From positions 1-64,000 of the IMG/VR virus record IMGVR_UViG_3300043446_003158: a DNA stretch of 64,000 nt; one strand, 5' to 3'. This document shows positions 59,224 to 64,000 of this stretch, piece by piece. The stretch comes from a virus. A program made the translations under genes and the position numbers. The notes beneath the pieces are model-generated. The model searched no databases. It was not told the DNA's origin and saw only the letters and a program-made list of their open reading frames with translations. Numbering within the stretch: position 1 is the stretch's first letter; each line of letters begins with the position of its first letter.

Positions 59224-60555
59224 CTACTTGAGTTTAAGTGGATAATCCCACTTTGTAATAAGTTCTGTTTTAGTTATTGGTCCCCAATTTCCACCATCAT
59301 AAAGATATGGTAATGTCATAATGCGGCATTGATCTCCAGTGCAAAGAAGATCATCAACAATTCTCCAAGACTCCAACACTTCATCTGCATGAACAAAGTG
59401 TGACTGATCTTCATTAATCGCATCATAAAAAAGTTTTACATAACCATCAATTGCTTTTTCCACTGGATAATGATACTGAAGAAGTGCTGGTTCTACATTA
59501 TCATTTAGTCCAGGAGACTTAATATCAATCCGCATATCCAGATGTGGGTCTGGTTGCAGTCTCATTACTATTCTATCATTACATTCATGCCCTTCAAACA
59601 ATTGTTGTGGAGGTGCTTTAAATTTAATCACAACTTCAACACAACCAACTGGCATTTTTTTACCAGTCATAAAGTAAAAAGGAACTCCTTTCCATCTCCA
59701 GTTATCAACATACAACTCACCAGCAACAAATGTTGGTGTCTGTGATTCGGGTTTTACACCTTCTTCATTCTTGTATCCATCATATTGTCCAAGAACCACA
59801 TTATCACCAAGTCTTGTCGCAGCAAGAACTTTAACTTTCTCTCTACGAATCTCTTTAGCATCATTTCTACAAGGTGGTTCCATTGCAATCAGAGCAAGCA
59901 CCTGGAGCATATGATTCTGAAGCATGTCTCTCACGGCACCAGCGGTATCATAATACTGGGCACGACCTTCACAACCGATTGTTTCAGTAGCAAAGATCTG
60001 AACCTCTTCTATGAAGTTCCTGTTCCAGAGTGGCTCCAGAAGTATATTGCTAAAGCGGGTGGCAAGGATATTATTAACAGTATCTTTACCGAGATAATGG
60101 TCAATGCGATATACTTGTTTTTCGCGTAAATACCCAGCCACCACAGATTGTAAATAATTAGCAGATTGAAGATCGGTGCCAAAAGGCTTCTCAATAATAA
60201 CTCGTGATTTTTCTGCGTCATCTACCTTACCTGCTTCTTTGAGGTTTGTAACTGCATCAGCATATCTTTCTGGTGGAACAGAAAGAAAATAAGTCGTATC
60301 ATCAGAAGAATCCAGTGACTTAAGAGACTCTGCATCACTCAAATCACAAGGAACATATTCAAGTCTCTTAATAAACTCTTGGGAATAATTGCCAAGAACT
60401 TCTACCCAACTATCTTTAGAATGTTGTGTCCTAGATGCACCAATAATCTTCAGGTCCTTTGGTAAGAGACCTTTCTTATGAAGAGTATAAAGTGCTGGAA
60501 TTAGTTTCTTCTTACAGAGATCTCCAGTTGCACCAAATATAACTAGACCTTTCAT
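59224..60555 (-). CDS. zwf: Glucose-6-phosphate dehydrogenase
   Basis: GATGDLC, EKPFG, RIDHYLGK, RDMLQNH, WRWKGVPF. Confidence 0.96.
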   Translation of the reverse strand: MKGLVIFGATGDLCKKKLIPALYTLHKKGLLPKDLKIIGASRTQHSKDSWVEVLGNYSQEFIKRLEYVPCDLSDAESLKSLDSSDDTTYFLSVPPERYADAVTNLKEAGKVDDAEKSRVIIEKPFGTDLQSANYLQSVVAGYLREKQVYRIDHYLGKDTVNNILATRFSNILLEPLWNRNFIEEVQIFATETIGCEGRAQYYDTAGAVRDMLQNHMLQVLALIAMEPPCRNDAKEIRREKVKVLAATRLGDNVVLGQYDGYKNEEGVKPESQTPTFVAGELYVDNWRWKGVPFYFMTGKKMPVGCVEVVIKFKAPPQQLFEGHECNDRIVMRLQPDPHLDMRIDIKSPGLNDNVEPALLQYHYPVEKAIDGYVKLFYDAINEDQSHFVHADEVLESWRIVDDLLCTGDQCRIMTLPYLYDGGNWGPITKTELITKWDYPLKLK

Positions 60556-61217
60556 TATTCACCTTTACTCTTAATAACTTCATCCCAATCTTTTTGGAAT
60601 AAATCCAATCCCTTCTCAGTCATAATGTTCTTATACATTCCCCAAAAAACAACTGGTGGTATTGTAGCAACATCTGCTCCATTTAGTGCCGATTGTTCTA
60701 CTTGCCTAACATCACGAAGAGATGCGGCAAGAATTTGTGTAAATGTTCCAGAATAATCAAATGCCCTACGAATGTTTCTGATAAGTTCAATACCATCAAT
60801 TGAATTATCCATCCATCTACCAACAAAAGGAGAGATGAATGTTGCACCAGCCTTAGATGCGAGAATTGCTTGTGCAACTGAGAAAACCAAAGTTACATTG
60901 ACTTGAATTCCTTTATCAGAAAGAAACTTACAAGCCTTAAGTCCTTCTACCGTGCAGGGAACTTTAATTGTAACTGTTGGGGAAATTGAGTAATACTTTT
61001 GTGCCTGTGAAAGCATTTCTTCATGAGAATCTGCAACAACTTCTGCAGAAATGCTTGTTAAATTTGGAAATGATTGTGATATGTTTTCAATAACTTCTTT
61101 TAATTGCTTTCCACTTTTGAGAATGAGGGTGGGATTTGTAGTGACTCCATCCAATAGTCCAGTATCATATGCTGGACCAATCATATCAACATCTGCCGTG
61201 TCTAAAAAGATCTTCAT
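60555..61217 (-). CDS. talC: Transaldolase (TalC/FSA-type)
   Basis: FLDTAD, GVTTNPTL, VTIKVP, NVTLVFS, ISPFVGR. Confidence 0.95.
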   Translation of the reverse strand: MKIFLDTADVDMIGPAYDTGLLDGVTTNPTLILKSGKQLKEVIENISQSFPNLTSISAEVVADSHEEMLSQAQKYYSISPTVTIKVPCTVEGLKACKFLSDKGIQVNVTLVFSVAQAILASKAGATFISPFVGRWMDNSIDGIELIRNIRRAFDYSGTFTQILAASLRDVRQVEQSALNGADVATIPPVVFWGMYKNIMTEKGLDLFQKDWDEVIKSKGE

Positions 61218-61225
61218 AAAAGAAA

Positions 61226-61256
61226 AAGAACTCCTAAGTAATTATACGGAGTTCTT
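61226..61256 (-). promoter_or_regulatory. Hairpin covering the talC SD, with TATAAT(TA) in its loop
   Basis: Minus strand AAGAACTCC-GTATAATTACTTA-GGAGTTCTT-TTTCTTTT-ATG. Confidence 0.55.
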
Positions 61257-61296
61257 GTTTGAGTGTCTTTAAATTGTTATGAATTGAACATATTTA

Positions 61297-61416
61297 CTAA
61301 AAATACATTAAACTGAGAGTAAATATGAGAAATATAATAACTGTAAACATCATAATTCCTACACCTGCCCAGACTACCCAGGGTTCCATAGGTTCATGTT
61401 GGGGTTTATGAGACAT
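61297..61416 (-). CDS. Small single-pass membrane protein (39 aa)
   Basis: My translation MSHKPQHEPMEPWVVWAGVGIMMFTVIIFLIFTLSLMYF. Confidence 0.5.
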   Translation of the reverse strand: MSHKPQHEPMEPWVVWAGVGIMMFTVIIFLIFTLSLMYF

Positions 61417-61443
61417 AAAAAAAGAGGGTTGTTATACCCTCTT
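61417..61443 (-). terminator. Intrinsic terminator after psbA
   Basis: Minus strand AAGAGGGT-ATAACA-ACCCTCTT-TTTTT. Confidence 0.85.
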
Positions 61444-61469
61444 AATTATATCAGTTATTCAGTTTTATA

Positions 61470-62549
61470 TCAACCGATTGCAGGTGCAGTCAGAGCAACA
61501 GGGGTTACATCTGCAGCAGCAAGGTCAAGAGGGAAGTTGTGAGCGTTGCGCTCGTGCATCACTTCAAAACCAAGATTGGCACGGTTGAGAACGTCAGCCC
61601 AAGTAGGAATTACGCGATTGGAACTATCAAGCAGAGATTGGTTGAAGTTGAATCCGTTGAGGTTGAACGCCATTGTTGAAACGCCCAGGGCAGCAAACCA
61701 GATACCGACAACAGGCCAAGCAGCAAGGAAAAAGTGTAGCGAACGAGAATTGTTGAACGAAGCATATTGGAAGATCAGGCGACCAAAATAACCGTGTGCA
61801 GCAACGATGTTATAAGTCTCTTCTTCTTGACCGAACTTGTAACCGTAGTTTTGAGATTCGGTTTCGGTGGTTTCACGAACCAGCGAGGAAGTAACCAGAG
61901 AACCATGCATCGCACTGAACAGAGAACCACCGAACACACCAGCAACTCCAAGCATGTGGAAGGGGTGCATCAGGATGTTGTGCTCTGCCTGGAACACAAG
62001 CATATAGTTGAAGGTGCCAGAGATACCCAGAGGCATCGCATCAGAGAAAGAACCTTGACCGAAAGGATAGACCAGGAACACTGCAGAAGCAGCAGCAACA
62101 GGTGCAGAGTATGCAACACAGATCCAAGGACGCATACCAAGACGGTAGGAAAGTTCCCACTCACGACCCATATAGGCGTAAATACCAATCAGGAAGTGGA
62201 ACACAATCAGTTGGAAAGGACCACCATTATAGAGCCATTCATCAAGAGATGCGGCTTCCCAAATGGGATAAAAGTGCAATCCAATAGCGTTGCTTGAAGG
62301 AACTACAGCACCTGAGATGATGTTGTTTCCCCACATTAGTGAACCAGAAACAGGTTCACGAATGCCGTCGATGTCCACAGGGGGAGCACCGATGAAGGCG
62401 ATGATGAAACACGTTGCTGCAGCGAGCAGAGTAGGAATCATCAGGACTCCGAACCAACCCACATACAGGCGGTTGTTCGTTGAAGTAACCCACTGGCAAA
62501 AAGATTCCCAAGTGGAAGTAGATCGTTGTTGAGCAATTGAAGCAGTCAT
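61470..62549 (-). CDS. psbA: Photosystem II D1 protein
   Basis: Full-length 359 aa with no intron; Mn-cluster ligands D170, E189, H332, E333, D342 and A344 present; Glu130. Confidence 0.99.
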   Translation of the reverse strand: MTASIAQQRSTSTWESFCQWVTSTNNRLYVGWFGVLMIPTLLAAATCFIIAFIGAPPVDIDGIREPVSGSLMWGNNIISGAVVPSSNAIGLHFYPIWEAASLDEWLYNGGPFQLIVFHFLIGIYAYMGREWELSYRLGMRPWICVAYSAPVAAASAVFLVYPFGQGSFSDAMPLGISGTFNYMLVFQAEHNILMHPFHMLGVAGVFGGSLFSAMHGSLVTSSLVRETTETESQNYGYKFGQEEETYNIVAAHGYFGRLIFQYASFNNSRSLHFFLAAWPVVGIWFAALGVSTMAFNLNGFNFNQSLLDSSNRVIPTWADVLNRANLGFEVMHERNAHNFPLDLAAADVTPVALTAPAIG

Positions 62550-62559
62550 AATCGTTTAA

Positions 62560-62668
62560 AAGAATAGTAGGACCATCAGGGAAATGGTGGTGATACTATG
62601 CTCCCCGCACCCTCAGCGGGGATATGAGAGACTGTGTTTAACCTCCCCATAGGTCTCGGTTGAAAGAG
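62560..62668 (-). ncRNA. Structured psbA 5' leader (PhotoRC-II-like)
   Basis: TTCAACCGAGACC...GTCTCTCATATCCCCGC-TGAGGGT-GCGGGGA..AGTATCACC..CCCTGATGG; resembles cyanophage psbA leaders. Confidence 0.6.
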
Positions 62669-62711
62669 GAACTTGTTACAAAAGATTAAGATCTTGTAAC
62701 ATTTGTTTACC

Positions 62712-62745
62712 TATTTATCATACTACGGTTTCCCGTCCCTGTCAA
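62712..62745 (-). promoter_or_regulatory. psbA promoter: sigma70 TTGACA-N17-TATGAT overlapping late promoter GATAAATA
   Basis: -35 at 62740-62745, -10 at 62717-62722, NATAAATA at 62712-62719. Confidence 0.8.
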
Positions 62746-62802
62746 GCCCCCAAACGAAAACTTGTTCCTAAATAAAAATAGTGTTTATCACAACATAAGA
62801 AA

Positions 62803-63294
62803 ATGAAAAGACTTCTATTAGTTTTTTCGTTATTCTTCACTATTCCAGTTAATGCTGCTGAAATCACATCAAGAATTACTGATTCCGTTCAATTGAAAGT
62901 TGATGGTGCCGCGATTCAATCAACACGAATTGGTAGTTCATACTCCGCTTCAGGTTCAAATATAGATGTAACCACCCTTGGTGGATTATCAACTGGTTCC
63001 ACAACAGCACCCGCTTCTATTACTGATGGAACCTATGGTATTAATACTAACGGTCAAGCATTTACATTTTCAGAAACTGCTATTGTTGGTGATGTTCCAG
63101 TAACCAATCAAACTGTTACTAACGGTGTTGTTGGTTCTCCAAATCTTTATGGAGATACGATTACACAACCTGGAGGTGACAAAGGTTCTCTTGCTGGTAC
63201 TCTTTCAACTACAGGTGTTCCTACTGTTACTGCAGGTGGTGCTGGAACCACAGCAACAGCACAACGTAGTATTGAGTTGAGCGTATTCAAATGA
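62803..63294 (+). CDS. Conserved cyanophage protein with signal peptide (Thr/Gly-rich)
   Basis: MKRLLLVFSLFFTIPVNA|AEI; CTAAATA late-like motif at 62768-62774. Confidence 0.7.
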   Translation: MKRLLLVFSLFFTIPVNAAEITSRITDSVQLKVDGAAIQSTRIGSSYSASGSNIDVTTLGGLSTGSTTAPASITDGTYGINTNGQAFTFSETAIVGDVPVTNQTVTNGVVGSPNLYGDTITQPGGDKGSLAGTLSTTGVPTVTAGGAGTTATAQRSIELSVFK

Positions 63295-63650
63295 GACATA
63301 TCCTAGCAGGGTTGTTCCTGCTAGGGTTTTCTTGTCCTGCCCTAGCTGAAAGTGTTGTGCCTAATTTTACTAGAGGTACAATCAACGCAACAACCGAATC
63401 GACTACAAAGATTATAGAAACAATCCGCCAAGTTGAATATACAACTGGTGAATCTTATACTGTAACTGGAACAAACATCAACATTCCTAGCATTCCACAA
63501 AGAGGTGCTAATTATTCCATTATGACACAAGGTGCTCCATTCCAGTTCAGCGAAACCTATCTCGGCCCTGGAGTGGCAAAAGAAACATGGATAGATCGCA
63601 CCACAGAAACCCAATCAACCACTACATCAATATCTGTCTTTACACAGTAA
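63291..63650 (+). CDS. Conserved cyanophage protein with signal peptide
   Basis: MRHILAGLFLLGFSCPALA|ESVVPNF; ATGA overlap. Confidence 0.7.
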   Translation: MRHILAGLFLLGFSCPALAESVVPNFTRGTINATTESTTKIIETIRQVEYTTGESYTVTGTNINIPSIPQRGANYSIMTQGAPFQFSETYLGPGVAKETWIDRTTETQSTTTSISVFTQ

Positions 63651-64000
63651 CTAGTGCCTTACTTTGTGGATCCACAGCAGCTCAAACTGCTCCGTCAAAC
63701 ACTAACATCGCTGGTCCTAGTGCCAGTGCTACTGGTAACGTTACAAACCAGGCTGTCCAAGTATTACAAGGTCCTTATGCCGTCAACACATACGGTGGTG
63801 GTGTATCCTGTCAAGGACCGACGATGAGTTTTGCTCCGTTTGTTTTAACAACAGGAAATGGAAGTGATGATCCAGAAACATTTAAATCCTATAGTGGCAA
63901 CGCTGGTGTCAGTATGGGATTTAATTTTCCGTTAGATGGAAGTTTAAGTGAACTGTGTAAAGAAAGAGCAAGAACAGAAATTGCTAGACAACAAGCAGAA
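63587..64000 (+). CDS. Conserved cyanophage protein, runs off the right edge
   Basis: My translation; not in the track. MDRSHHRNPINHYINICLYTVTSALLCGSTAAQ...NQAVQVLQGPY..SCQGPT..PLDGSLSELCKERA. Confidence 0.65.
   Translation, partial: MDRSHHRNPINHYINICLYTVTSALLCGSTAAQTAPSNTNIAGPSASATGNVTNQAVQVLQGPYAVNTYGGGVSCQGPTMSFAPFVLTTGNGSDDPETFKSYSGNAGVSMGFNFPLDGSLSELCKERARTEIARQQAE

Noticed and set aside
952-62532. Short plus-strand ORFs antisense to core genes (gp32, thyX, gnd, zwf, psbA and others)
   Set aside because: They are fully antisense to well-supported genes and show no motifs or SD/promoter support.
61470-62549. Group I intron or homing endonuclease in psbA
   Set aside because: The reading frame is continuous and of normal D1 length.
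1-64000. tRNA or rRNA genes
   Set aside because: No cloverleaf or T-loop (GTTCRA) context recognised by eye in the short intergenic regions; tRNAscan-SE would be needed to exclude them formally.

Overview
A 64-kb segment of a large T4-like cyanophage (cyanomyovirus), almost entirely on the minus strand. In coordinate order it holds five blocks. (1) A replication/core block: gp32, gp59, gp33, exonuclease, phoH, thyX and glutaredoxin, plus a Mom-like DNA-modification gene at the left edge that the ORF track missed. (2) A small operon with a perfect NtcA-type box, a glutamine-riboswitch-like RNA and a DUF4278-like peptide. (3) A ~21-kb glycan-synthesis island with many glycosyltransferase and SAM-methyltransferase domains, a WavE-like protein, a nucleotidyltransferase, a cupin, a phosphodiesterase-like protein and a full-length RuBisCO-like protein (form IV). 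(4) A late-promoter fibre/adhesin module: a 3097-aa Gly-X-Gln collagen-like fibre with an S74 chaperone, two Gly-rich proteins, and a 4380-aa protein with ~4000 aa of beta-propeller-type repeats inserted inside a Gly-rich domain. (5) Auxiliary metabolic genes (halogenase-like, gnd, zwf, talC, psbA), then a divergent plus-strand operon of signal-peptide proteins. The best candidate for an undescribed system is the RLP-containing sugar pathway and glycan assembly line, co-oriented directly downstream of the giant Ser/Thr-rich fibres. All family assignments come from motif recognition by eye; no database searches were run.
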